Positions 38,781 through 47,998 of a DNA stretch of 64,000 nt are shown here, piece by piece. The notes under the pieces are model-generated. The model did no database searches. It saw only the letters and a program-made list of their open reading frames with translations, and was not told the origin of the DNA. This stretch comes from a virus: the IMG/VR virus record IMGVR_UViG_3300028388_003330, positions 16,203-80,202 of that record, one strand, 5' to 3'. Every line of letters begins with the position of its first letter. Position 1 is the first letter of the stretch. The position numbers were made by a program, and so were the translations under genes.

Positions 38781-38812
38781 CGAAAGTTCTCCTTTTGCAA
38801 AAGGTCTCTATC

Positions 38813-39196
38813 TCAAATCAAGACGTAAGCCGTCTCGAATGCTACTGCAAACTCTAGGTTGTCACCTGTGGAGTTTGGGTACACGACAGGGTCGTGCTGT
38901 GGGCGAATATATTTAACTAAAACGTCCGCTAGCTTGTCCGTTTCAGCCATGTTCAACAGCGCAGAAATTTCACTGCACAGTGCGAAACCCGTCTGATAAT
39001 CCGCTGCCCGGACAACGACCATAAACATGCCTTTCCGGTAGCCCGGTAGATCATGCTGGATCTGAGTTCCGGACAGCGGATTCAGAAGTAAAATGCCAGT
39101 GGTGGCCTCTTCTGGCATGTGATAGGCAAAGATATCAGTTCCTCGCCTACCGAAGCCTTCATCCTCAAGAAATTCCGCCACAGACTCAAGTTTCAT
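38813..39196 (-). CDS. Tail terminator-like protein
   Basis: Position and size. Confidence 0.65.
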   Translation of the reverse strand: MKLESVAEFLEDEGFGRRGTDIFAYHMPEEATTGILLLNPLSGTQIQHDLPGYRKGMFMVVVRAADYQTGFALCSEISALLNMAETDKLADVLVKYIRPQHDPVVYPNSTGDNLEFAVAFETAYVLI

Positions 39197-39618
39197 GACC
39201 GCCTGATCGCTTGATTGATCGCCTCCGAAATCTTCCTTCCTATCTCGGGCGAGTACCTGTCTACAGCGTCAGACAAGAAGTGCGTGCGGGAGCCAGGTTT
39301 ATTCTTGCCGTAGTTAGCGGTGTCAGGAATACCTTCATGAACAAGAGTGGCGTACTGCCCAACGTACTTTTTGCCATTCTTGATCGACTCATCCACAAAC
39401 ACATCGATGACGACCCGGTTTTTAATCCCTTCACGGGATTCCTCAATGCGGAATGAATCTTCCAAAACACCCTTGTCTCGGGGTGCCCACAACTCGGCAA
39501 GCGTTTTGATCGCTTGTGCCCCATCGCGCAACGCCTGTAGCGCTTTTTTGTTCGACAACACACCGACGTTTTCAAGCCGATTTGCCGTTGAACTGATCCC
39601 AGTTACTTTGAGGCCCAT
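39193..39618 (-). CDS. HK97 gp10-like tail completion protein
   Basis: AP.D.G.L..S and YA..VHEG...FL..A motifs. Confidence 0.75.
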   Translation of the reverse strand: MGLKVTGISSTANRLENVGVLSNKKALQALRDGAQAIKTLAELWAPRDKGVLEDSFRIEESREGIKNRVVIDVFVDESIKNGKKYVGQYATLVHEGIPDTANYGKNKPGSRTHFLSDAVDRYSPEIGRKISEAINQAIRRS

Positions 39619-39962
39619 TGCTTACAATCCACTTGCCAGTGATGGAGATCGCCGTTGACCGTGTGTCTTGGAAAGACCGATTCAACTTCAAGGTTAAATG
39701 ACATTATGGAAATCCTGTCTCCCGGTTCCACGATGTCGGTCGCCTTCATCATCAAGCGAGCAATGACCGTCCTCTCTTCGGCATTGGCTCTGCTGGCTGA
39801 AGCGTCGGTGCGTACCGTAGTTCTCTGTGCTCCAGCCTCAAGTCGGACAATGCCAACCTGCGTTTCGTAACTATCGCCTTCCTGGGTTTGACCATATAAA
39901 TCCGTCTCACCATTCATGCGAGTTACGATGCAATTGACATTGGCCTTAAACATACAGGGCAA
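39603..39962 (-). CDS. Head-closure (stopper) protein
   Basis: DLYG...GDRI...HHWQV pattern and position. Confidence 0.6.
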   Translation of the reverse strand: MPCMFKANVNCIVTRMNGETDLYGQTQEGDSYETQVGIVRLEAGAQRTTVRTDASASRANAEERTVIARLMMKATDIVEPGDRISIMSFNLEVESVFPRHTVNGDLHHWQVDCKQWASK

Positions 39963-39980
39963 TTATAAGTCACTGATTAC

Positions 39981-40748
39981 TCAACCCGCAACAACATAGC
40001 AACTGCTGTTAGGGTGAAAAATATCGTCCTTAATATCTTCGTAAAGAGGCAACCCCAGAGTGGGGTCCGCAATAGCGAATTCTATTCCATTATACTTATG
40101 TTTAGGGTCCGGATGCCTTACATAAGCGGAATTTTTACCGATCATTGCTAAAGAATATAAGTAAACCTCGTTATAGATCTTCATGGCGTAAGACCGGAAC
40201 AATCTATAAACAAAGGTTTCAGCACCCCAACGCTTTCCGCTTCTGTCCAAAAACACCATGTCGGGACGCTGACTTGTTAGCCGTACAGCGACTTGTGCGC
40301 TCCCCTGAGACATTCTTGAACTGTTCATAACGGAGAGCACGCGTAGCGCGAATTCCCGCGCATATCGCAGCACAGAGCGTCTGTCGCGCTCTAACTGAGC
40401 ATGATAGAACTCAGCTAGATCCCGTTTCTCGTTGAACAGGAAATCTTCGACTTCTTCCGCCATCAAACCTTCGAAAACGGAGATGGTTTGAACGCCAGCC
40501 TCTTTCTCCACGTTAGCAATTGCCAGCTTTCGCATTTCCTCTGTAAGGTCGGAAATTACCCCCACCATTTCTTGGTAGTGAGTTTCAATGACATTGATAA
40601 CTTTGAGAGAAAACCGCCCCCTGCTCCCCACATTCATGGCGCTCGCGGTGCTGACGTGACCGTCGAGCATTCCTAGAAGGGCGTACTGTAAGGAGCGGTA
40701 TTTACGAACTGCGGAATTTGCCTCCGCAGAAAAGAGTTCTGGATTCAT
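39981..40748 (-). CDS. Minor head/morphogenesis protein
   Basis: D.SG.RW and FHPN motifs typical of minor capsid proteins. Confidence 0.6.
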   Translation of the reverse strand: MNPELFSAEANSAVRKYRSLQYALLGMLDGHVSTASAMNVGSRGRFSLKVINVIETHYQEMVGVISDLTEEMRKLAIANVEKEAGVQTISVFEGLMAEEVEDFLFNEKRDLAEFYHAQLERDRRSVLRYAREFALRVLSVMNSSRMSQGSAQVAVRLTSQRPDMVFLDRSGKRWGAETFVYRLFRSYAMKIYNEVYLYSLAMIGKNSAYVRHPDPKHKYNGIEFAIADPTLGLPLYEDIKDDIFHPNSSCYVVAG

Positions 40749-41500
40749 GACCGCGCCAAGCGCTTCTTGAGGTATATATAACTAGCGAGATAACGCTGAG
40801 CCCTGCTCCGAATCGGCATCATAATGGGCTTGCCGGGGCGGAACATGTTAGAGCTTTCGCCTACGGTTTCCGACATGAGTCCGTCACGCCGACGATCTTC
40901 GATATATTCGCCGCCTAAAATTACATCGGATTCTGCAATTTGCGCCTTTTTTAGCGCAGAAGTGAATTCCACAGGCAATGAGGCGATATCTTCGTCCGTC
41001 AACTCGCTGAGCATGAAGGGTTCAGACCAATAATCTGAAACCAGGAACTTCATTTTCGCGATGGCGAAATAAGCCTCTTTAAGAGCAACAATCCGATCTT
41101 GTTCGGAAGCCGTATCCCATGCTTCGGTAGCCGGAACATCGAACGCCTCCAGAATCGCGTCGGAGTACGTCATGAAAGTGTTTTCCCAAGTCACCAAACC
41201 ATCGCCGGACTCAATCAAATAGCGATCTTTGATGATATGGACGCCATTGACGGTCGTAACCCGCAATTCAATCATGCGGATATCACGAACCTTCTCTGCC
41301 GGAAGTGTATTGTTGACCGCAAGAACGGTGACAGACACCTCAAGATCATCGGAATCGAAACCAATGTTGGTCGTTCCGATAATTTCTGTCTCCGAACCGT
41401 CCAAAAGACGATAGGAAAGCGCGGTCGGATAAACTTGCGACCCATTAACTGTTAACGGGATGGTCCTTACAATATCAACGCCAGACAGGAAGGTGTTCAT
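40745..41500 (-). CDS. Head-tail adaptor
   Basis: NT(F)..Y..A...W...AL..A and SETVGES motifs, plus position. Confidence 0.65.
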   Translation of the reverse strand: MNTFLSGVDIVRTIPLTVNGSQVYPTALSYRLLDGSETEIIGTTNIGFDSDDLEVSVTVLAVNNTLPAEKVRDIRMIELRVTTVNGVHIIKDRYLIESGDGLVTWENTFMTYSDAILEAFDVPATEAWDTASEQDRIVALKEAYFAIAKMKFLVSDYWSEPFMLSELTDEDIASLPVEFTSALKKAQIAESDVILGGEYIEDRRRDGLMSETVGESSNMFRPGKPIMMPIRSRAQRYLASYIYLKKRLARS

Positions 41501-41508
41501 GCGTCAAC

Positions 41509-41925
41509 TCATTCCGCAGCCAACTGTTGAGCGTTAATAATACCGGTAATCAGGCCCTTGATGCTGTTGGAGCGGATATCGAACTCTTCGCCAATTGCAC
41601 GCAAACCCTGAATGCCTTTTTCATCGGCAATTTTCTCCAGTTGTGCTCGGTCATATTTAATTACCGGCTTCTTTGGAGGTTCAACAGGATCAGGCTGACT
41701 TACGCGACTCGAAACAACCGGAGCGGGAGTGCTTTTGTTCGCTTCGTAGGCGCGGCTCGTTAGCTTATTGCCGTCGCCTTCGATAACTTCAACCCTGGTA
41801 AGCGCAGAAAGAAGATTAGCTTGCTGATAGCTAATCGGTTCAGAAACGCCATTTTCGAACTTGGTCATTCCAAGATCGCCGTTGAAATTATCGTATCCCT
41901 TGCCAACCAGTTTCACGCGAATCAT
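41509..41925 (-). CDS. Head-associated protein
   Basis: F.NGVS N-terminus and a HeH-like C-terminus (L..IAD.KGI.GLR.I). Confidence 0.6.
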   Translation of the reverse strand: MIRVKLVGKGYDNFNGDLGMTKFENGVSEPISYQQANLLSALTRVEVIEGDGNKLTSRAYEANKSTPAPVVSSRVSQPDPVEPPKKPVIKYDRAQLEKIADEKGIQGLRAIGEEFDIRSNSIKGLITGIINAQQLAAE

Positions 41926-41946
41926 GTTTTTTCCCCTGTAACGAAC

Positions 41947-41975
41947 AAGGGGGTGAGGAAAACCCCCACCCCCTT
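41947..41975 (-). terminator. Hairpin after the major capsid gene
   Basis: AAGGGGGTG...CACCCCCTT inverted repeat. Confidence 0.55.
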
Positions 41976-42011
41976 TGAGTTTGCTAGGTCATCGCTGACA
42001 TAGCTTATCGC

Positions 42012-42917
42012 TTAGATGTTGGTAACACCCTGCAGACGCGCCAGCGACTTGGTGGACTTCAGGGCGGTGCCGCAGTACCACTTCAGACGCGTGCGAGTGG
42101 CGTCTTTGTTCTGAACAGTACCGATGTCCTCGACAACGATACCGGCAGAGTTGCCACCATAGATGCCGTGCAGACCGTCAACTTCGTTCAGGCGCATAGC
42201 GTAGATGGAGCAACAAACGCCAGTCGAGCTACCCTGATCTTCGTCACCCGGCAGGAAGTCATTGATAATGACCGGAACGCCATTATGGGTGAGCATCGGA
42301 CGACCGAAGTTCTCCATCATGACGTGCGCGGGCTCAAGACCGCCAGAGGCACGGAGCAGAGTACGCAGAGCGCGAGCAGTGCCAGAACGCATCATGATGG
42401 CATCAGCGCCGTTCGGCACCATGTCCAGCAGTTCGTCCAGCATGTCGAGCGTCAGAGCCGCACCATTGACAGCAGCGTCGATAGTCTGACCAACGGTCAC
42501 CAGAGAGGAAACACCATCAAACTCTTTGGCGTTAACACCGCTATCGCCAATAGCGAGAGTAGCGCGGAATTTACGCGCAAGACCCTTGGCTTTAGCAGCG
42601 ATCTGAATCGCCTTCTGGTTGTTGGTGTCGCCCATGGTGGCGTCGAGGAATTTATCGACATCCACGTCACCAGCAAGGATCTTCAGATTCGCAGTAACCT
42701 GCGTGAAGGTGCTCGCCTCTTCGGTCACGGTCTCGTTCGGATCGATGAACGCGCCTTCAGAGATGACGTTCTCACGGTTGTAAACGTAAGCTTTACCCTC
42801 GGTACGGGTAAAGGGCAGTACAGCAAAGAGGTCTTCTTTATCGATGATCTCTTCGATGACGCCTGCCACCAGATCATTGTTAGAAAGCTTTTCAGCTTCA
42901 GTTTTGAGCAGAGCCAT
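42012..42917 (-). CDS. Major capsid protein (SSU5-like HK97 fold)
   Basis: EAEKLSNN, ILAGDVDVDKFL, EFDG and IGTVQNKDA.RTR.KWY motifs. Confidence 0.92.
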   Translation of the reverse strand: MALLKTEAEKLSNNDLVAGVIEEIIDKEDLFAVLPFTRTEGKAYVYNRENVISEGAFIDPNETVTEEASTFTQVTANLKILAGDVDVDKFLDATMGDTNNQKAIQIAAKAKGLARKFRATLAIGDSGVNAKEFDGVSSLVTVGQTIDAAVNGAALTLDMLDELLDMVPNGADAIMMRSGTARALRTLLRASGGLEPAHVMMENFGRPMLTHNGVPVIINDFLPGDEDQGSSTGVCCSIYAMRLNEVDGLHGIYGGNSAGIVVEDIGTVQNKDATRTRLKWYCGTALKSTKSLARLQGVTNI

Positions 42918-43008
42918 TGATTTTCTCCCTTAGAAAGAAATAAAAGTCGCAGGCGTTAAGTAACTGGGGACTTAATCATAACAAACTTTTCGCCGCATGC
43001 ACAAATAT

Positions 43009-43887
43009 TTATGCACCTGCTCGCAAACTGGCTGCAATACGTTCGTGACCACGAAGCTTCGGTTTCTCTTCCGGCGCTTTATCAGTAATGGTTTTCGAAC
43101 CTGCACCCGGCTTTGCTTTGGAGCGAATCAGTTGTTCACGATCAGGATCGGTCTCAATGATTTTCTTAAGGGCCTCTTCAAAACCAAGAGGTTCTCCTTT
43201 GCCATCAATGAGTTGCGTCCGACCCTCTGCGCCTCTCGGCTTGTCGTACCCAACAACCTGACCATCTTCAATATCGAAATGGCTGCCGTATACAATCCGC
43301 GCTTTGTTGGGCGTAAGAGTCAACTCTTCGGCAATGTATTTCGAATTGTCGAAATTATGACCGACGGTTAGCTTTTCGATGACCGAGTCTTTAGTTTGCA
43401 GACCATTTTCCAATTCACTAAGGCGCTCTTGGAGCGACTTGAGTTCGTTCTGGTGCTGCTCGACCATCTGTTGCTTGAGCTTGTCCCACTCACCCCTTTC
43501 CTCAAGTCGCTTGGTTTCGGCCTTCTTTTTGGACTCCACCAGTTCCTTGATTTCCTTCGGGTCGTAACCTTCCCACTGACCAAGAGCCTTTTTCATGGCA
43601 TCCATCTCGGAACGAAGTTCCTTAATGGTCTGCTTCTTCTGCATCACCTCTTTCAGGAGTTGAGCGTCGGCATCAGAAATTTTCTTTTTGCCTTCGTACT
43701 CTTCAGAGGAATCGTCAGAATCATCAGGGGAAGCCGTATCAGCAGAAGCTTTTACCGTATCGTCACCGCCTTCGCTGTCACTTGCTTCGACGGAATCTTC
43801 GGTACCACCTGCTGCATTGGCAGCGGTGTCATCTTCTTTGGCATCCCAGTAGCCACGATTGATCAGTTGTCGGATTGCAAACGGCAT
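43009..43887 (-). CDS. Capsid scaffolding protein
   Basis: Acidic N-terminus, coiled coil and GAGS motif. Lies between portal and capsid genes. Confidence 0.8.
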   Translation of the reverse strand: MPFAIRQLINRGYWDAKEDDTAANAAGGTEDSVEASDSEGGDDTVKASADTASPDDSDDSSEEYEGKKKISDADAQLLKEVMQKKQTIKELRSEMDAMKKALGQWEGYDPKEIKELVESKKKAETKRLEERGEWDKLKQQMVEQHQNELKSLQERLSELENGLQTKDSVIEKLTVGHNFDNSKYIAEELTLTPNKARIVYGSHFDIEDGQVVGYDKPRGAEGRTQLIDGKGEPLGFEEALKKIIETDPDREQLIRSKAKPGAGSKTITDKAPEEKPKLRGHERIAASLRAGA

Positions 43888-43907
43888 TTTTTAACCTCTC
43901 GCTTGGT

Positions 43908-45422
43908 TTAGCTTTGCTCAGTTTCTTGAGCCGGAGTTTCATCTTCCTCATTGACCAGTGAACGAGATCCGACCATTAGCGAATCCTGTACGGGCCAAGA
44001 TTTAAGATTGGCTTTGATCTGTTCCTTGAGATTTTCCGCAAGGTACGGGAACAGCTTCTCAACCACCTGCTCCATTTGATATCGACGAACATCATCAGGA
44101 GCATCGATAAGCGCCAACTGCGACGCAATTTCGAATTCATCAGAAAGACCGCGAACGTCGAAATCATCCGGATACCGGATCAACGGCTCTTCGGTGTGTT
44201 TGTTGCTTTGACCAGACCACAGATTGATCAGCGCGATCATTTTATTTTCCGCAGCCTCAAGCATTCCTGCCTTGGAGGTAAGCAGCGAATTGACACGCTC
44301 AAAATCGTAAGCCTTGGCGACACCAGAGGAATTATCGATCCCCATAGAGTTGTCTGATTTCGTTCGCTCGCCAGCAACTCCGACCGAATGATAAATTTCG
44401 TTGATAATTTGCTTAACCACCGAAATGATCAGTTCAGCCTGTTTCGGATCTGGCGACAGGAAAAACGGCTTGGCACCGTTTTCACCGTCAAACAGGAAAA
44501 TCCTCTTGGTGCCCATTTCCATGAGCTGGTCGTACTCGTCATCGCCAGGAAGAACGCCCTGTGCTGGCATAGCCAACTGCGAGAACGTTTGATCCTGAAT
44601 GATGGCGTCCAAATTTGACAAATAATTGGCTACAGCACGATCAAGATAGGCGATATCGCCAATCAGCGAAGGAGCGGTGTACTTGCTTTCATCGGTTGTG
44701 ATGTGATCAACGGGGAATACCGGAACAACGCCAAGATTGTGTACACCACTATCTTCAACGACGTAGTTGGTTTTGTTGCCGTCGGTCATCACACCAATAA
44801 GAACCCACTCTTCGCGAGTCCAAAGCCGATAACGGCTGGATACCTCACCTGACGATTCAAGCGGATCTTCGTCATCGCGGTATTGCTCACGGATCAGAAT
44901 CCAACGCAATTCACCGTCATCATCGAAACTCATATCCAGCGCATTCTGCGGAGACACCAGATACGAATAGATCCGACCGCTAGATTGTTTCTCGTCAGCG
45001 AGACTAATTGACTCTTCGTTTTTGGAAGAATCCACTACAACCCAAATTCGACCGTAAATCGATGATTTATCAGCAATTTGGCGAATGTAGTGTTCAATGT
45101 CCATGCCTCCGGGCGTTGCATTACGCCAGAACATTGCCACCGCATCAGAAGCGTCATCTTTGACCCGCTCAATCTTGGCTCGAAAAATATATTTCGACAC
45201 CAGATCCACAATCTCTCGGGAATGATTGAACCGATAGGCGCGCTCCACCCGATCTGCGTACTCTTCAGGGCCTTCTTTCAGATACTTGAAGATGTTGAAG
45301 TCAAACCAAGCCCTACCGCCTTCATAGGTATCATTGAGAAAATCCCAATGAGAGACTTTATCCTCATATTCAGGATGTCGCCTCTCAACGAGTTGCTTAA
45401 GCTTTTCTTCGGTGGTTTTCAT
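43908..45422 (-). CDS. Portal protein
   Basis: RHPEY..W, GVVP, SGVAK..DF and YP.DFD motifs. Follows the terminase. Confidence 0.9.
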   Translation of the reverse strand: MKTTEEKLKQLVERRHPEYEDKVSHWDFLNDTYEGGRAWFDFNIFKYLKEGPEEYADRVERAYRFNHSREIVDLVSKYIFRAKIERVKDDASDAVAMFWRNATPGGMDIEHYIRQIADKSSIYGRIWVVVDSSKNEESISLADEKQSSGRIYSYLVSPQNALDMSFDDDGELRWILIREQYRDDEDPLESSGEVSSRYRLWTREEWVLIGVMTDGNKTNYVVEDSGVHNLGVVPVFPVDHITTDESKYTAPSLIGDIAYLDRAVANYLSNLDAIIQDQTFSQLAMPAQGVLPGDDEYDQLMEMGTKRIFLFDGENGAKPFFLSPDPKQAELIISVVKQIINEIYHSVGVAGERTKSDNSMGIDNSSGVAKAYDFERVNSLLTSKAGMLEAAENKMIALINLWSGQSNKHTEEPLIRYPDDFDVRGLSDEFEIASQLALIDAPDDVRRYQMEQVVEKLFPYLAENLKEQIKANLKSWPVQDSLMVGSRSLVNEEDETPAQETEQS

Positions 45423-45446
45423 AGACAGGACTTTTTCATGGCGCTA

Positions 45447-45475
45447 AACATAAGTCATCACCTACTTATTTGCAA
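45447..45475 (-). promoter_or_regulatory. sigma70 promoter TTGCAA-N17-TATGTT with operator TAAGTCA-TCAC-CTACTTA
   Basis: Read directly from the sequence. Confidence 0.55.
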
Positions 45476-45478
45476 GGT

Positions 45479-46774
45479 TTAGATAGACAGACCCCTTATA
45501 TTGGTCAATCGCACCGGATATTCGTACTCAATGCAATAGCCAAGCGCATCTGTGGCGTGTTCCACACTCATCATTTTGTCGATCTCTGGCGACCCTTCCT
45601 TATAGATGGTCTGCTCGAAAGACTGGATGGTTTCCTTGCATTTTTCATCGACCCGCAAACGGACTCGACCGTCGGCTGACATGAGCATGCGATTCACGGC
45701 ATTTACTCTGTCTTTGACCTTTGGATGGCTGTAATGATATTTCATTCTCTTGAAACCGCGCTCCCTGAAAATATCCAGATCCGATTCACCCCTGGCGTGC
45801 TGACGATGCCCACCTGCGGGGTCAGGGTAGATGGTCGTACTCCGCAAATAACGCCAAAAGCGTCGCTCTAGCTCATTACAGGTTTCTTCTGTGTTGGAAC
45901 CGTACAGGATCACCTCGTCAACAACCCAAAGTTCGCCATTCCGCTGTGGCTGCATGATGATCGAAGTCATGGGGTCGATGTTGAAGTCCTGACCAACCCA
46001 GATAGGGAGATTCTCGTTAAATTGCAGCTTTCCAACGTGCAAACCGCGATCAAACGGGTAATAAACCCTACCCGACATGGTTTCAAAGCTAGCCTCAAAC
46101 TCCTGCTTGAAGGACTTGGCGTCCATGTCGCGGCGAGCCTGTTCGATCTCGGAATCAGGGATAAAAGGCGAGGAAATGCTCGGAAACTGCCAAGATTCCC
46201 ATTGATTTGTCGAAATATATTCGGGCTGTTGACCCAAAACGTACAGATCGTACAGGTGATTAAATGACTTCGGAGTCCCGATAAAAAGTGCATGACCTCC
46301 AGTGCTGGCGAGAGTCGGACGAACCGCTTCTTGCCACACTTCCCACTTCATGTCCTGAAACTCGTCCAAAACCACATAATCCAGACCAACGCCGCGCAGC
46401 GTATCCGGCTTATCAGCGCCCTTACACTCAATCATGGAGCCATTAATGAGCCGAACCGTCATGGTCGTCTCATTCAGCTTTTTGATCCATTGGGAGGGGA
46501 TGGCTTCGACAAGTTCATCCCAGATAATCTGTTTTGCCATTCGATAGGTTGGCGCGATGTACCAGACCTTCTGCTTGGCTTTGCGCGTACGATGGATCAT
46601 GGTGGTTTTGGCAAGCTGAGTTTTACCCCAGCGTCGACCGGCAACAACCACTTTAAAGCGCGCCTTAGATCGATAAACGAGTTCTTGACCTGGGTGCAGA
46701 AGAAGATTGTTCTTGGGTTTTTCAACCCGCGCCAATTCCTCCAATACAGGGTCTAAACTAGCCGTTGAGTGCAT
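45479..46774 (-). CDS. terL: Terminase large subunit
   Basis: AGRRWGKT, LRG.GLD.VVLDE, FIGTP, QEF.A.F, GQDFN.DP and H..DA motifs. Confidence 0.95.
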   Translation of the reverse strand: MHSTASLDPVLEELARVEKPKNNLLLHPGQELVYRSKARFKVVVAGRRWGKTQLAKTTMIHRTRKAKQKVWYIAPTYRMAKQIIWDELVEAIPSQWIKKLNETTMTVRLINGSMIECKGADKPDTLRGVGLDYVVLDEFQDMKWEVWQEAVRPTLASTGGHALFIGTPKSFNHLYDLYVLGQQPEYISTNQWESWQFPSISSPFIPDSEIEQARRDMDAKSFKQEFEASFETMSGRVYYPFDRGLHVGKLQFNENLPIWVGQDFNIDPMTSIIMQPQRNGELWVVDEVILYGSNTEETCNELERRFWRYLRSTTIYPDPAGGHRQHARGESDLDIFRERGFKRMKYHYSHPKVKDRVNAVNRMLMSADGRVRLRVDEKCKETIQSFEQTIYKEGSPEIDKMMSVEHATDALGYCIEYEYPVRLTNIRGLSI

Positions 46775-47411
46775 TCTTGATATCTTCTTCGGATTCCCGA
46801 CTGATTTCTTCTAACTCATCAACCGATGTTTCCAACTGCTCAAGCGGCACGACACCCGAACGCAATTCTGCTTCTCTTTGAACCTCTTTGACTTCGTCTT
46901 CGGTCATGCCGCGAATGATCAGTTCCGGCAAATCCCTTTCCTGTTCGTCCTCTTTGTCCATGTCAGTAGCCTTGGCTCTCTGATCAAAGGCTTTCTGCTG
47001 GATGCTCAAGGCTCGCTCAATGGAGCGAAGATCAGGCTCTACTGACGCTAGGCTAACGCCGTTTTTCATAGCATCGGCAACGATCTTCATTCCGGCCTTA
47101 GCCAACACCGTTGCGTTGTTGTAGTGGAACTGTTTGGTGTCGATTTGCCTTTTTGCAATTATTTTTGCATTCCAAACATCGGCGCGAACCAATTCCTCGT
47201 GAACCTTTTTCCGATGCTCTTCTGCCTTCTCACCGTAGCGAATCCCCCATTCCTTCATTTTGCGCGAAACGGTTTCACGCCGAACGCTGTATTTTTCAGC
47301 GATATCCATAAGGCGCATCTCACCCATTGCCCAAATAGCGGCAATTTCTTGCCACTGTTTTTTGGTCAGGCGATTACCTTTGTTGGTGTCTTTGTTTGTT
47401 CCGTCACTCAT
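46758..47411 (-). CDS. terS: Terminase small subunit
   Basis: N-terminal HTH, directly upstream of and overlapping terL. ATG start at 47411 is preferred. Confidence 0.7.
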   Translation of the reverse strand: MSDGTNKDTNKGNRLTKKQWQEIAAIWAMGEMRLMDIAEKYSVRRETVSRKMKEWGIRYGEKAEEHRKKVHEELVRADVWNAKIIAKRQIDTKQFHYNNATVLAKAGMKIVADAMKNGVSLASVEPDLRSIERALSIQQKAFDQRAKATDMDKEDEQERDLPELIIRGMTEDEVKEVQREAELRSGVVPLEQLETSVDELEEISRESEEDIKNALNG

Positions 47412-47427
47412 TCTCTTGGCTCGGGAC

Positions 47428-47457
47428 AAAAAAATGGGCGTATGCTGGGATACGCCC
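47428..47457 (-). terminator. Intrinsic terminator immediately upstream of terS
   Basis: GGGCGTAT-N6-ATACGCCC followed by ATTTTTTT on the minus strand. Confidence 0.6.
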
Positions 47458-47485
47458 TAACACAGGAGGGACTGCAATTAAGGGC

Positions 47486-47514
47486 ATTATAGGTTTGAGT
47501 ATAAATATGGTCAA
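47486..47514 (-). promoter_or_regulatory. Near-consensus sigma70 promoter TTGACC-N17-TATAAT
   Basis: Read directly from the sequence. Operator-like site 47511-47528 overlaps the -35. Confidence 0.75.
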
Positions 47515-47546
47515 TCATTTATGACTAATTTCCCGCAGCGAATGGC

Positions 47547-47639
47547 GTGGGCACTTTTTCGTTTTCCTCTAGTATTAATACTCTTGGTATTAAAATACTT
47601 AAATAATATTAATACTACGGAAAACGCAAAAGTGCCCAC
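47547..47639. repeat. ~33-bp-arm imperfect inverted repeat with an AT-rich centre
   Basis: GTGGGCACTTTTTCGTTTTCCTCTAGTATTAATA ... TATTAATACTACGGAAAACGCAAAAGTGCCCAC. Confidence 0.8.
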
Positions 47640-47642
47640 ACC

Positions 47643-47984
47643 TCACAGATCGAAGTCCTCGTAGGTAAGAGGAAGACCGCTCGGGGGGAAACAGGTTTCA
47701 TCCTTCGGATTAACCATTCCCATGATTCGGTATCCTGCTGCTGTCGGAGCGAGAATAACTCTTCGGCGACCTCTGCGAATCTCTTTTCCGTTTTTCACCA
47801 TCAATCCACGATTGATCAAGGCTCGGATTGAAAACTGCATCGACTGTTTCGTAGTTTTCCAACCATGCTGGTGATTCAATCTTTCAAGAAGTTGGTCAAT
47901 ATCAACAAACACCTCGTCATCCTCCATGCTGCCATCACACAGCACGGTAAGGATCTTCGTTTGTTTGTCGGTCAAAGTACCCAT
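47643..47984 (-). CDS. Winged-helix (MarR-like) DNA-binding protein
   Basis: LT.KQ..IL, SMQFSIRALI.RGL and R.GRRR...T..G motifs. Confidence 0.7.
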   Translation of the reverse strand: MGTLTDKQTKILTVLCDGSMEDDEVFVDIDQLLERLNHQHGWKTTKQSMQFSIRALINRGLMVKNGKEIRRGRRRVILAPTAAGYRIMGMVNPKDETCFPPSGLPLTYEDFDL

Positions 47985-47998
47985 TTCGCTTCTCCCAT

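Noticed and set aside
47404-47487. 27-aa leader peptide upstream of terS
   Set aside because: Its ATG lies inside the -10 hexamer, so it would not be in the transcript.
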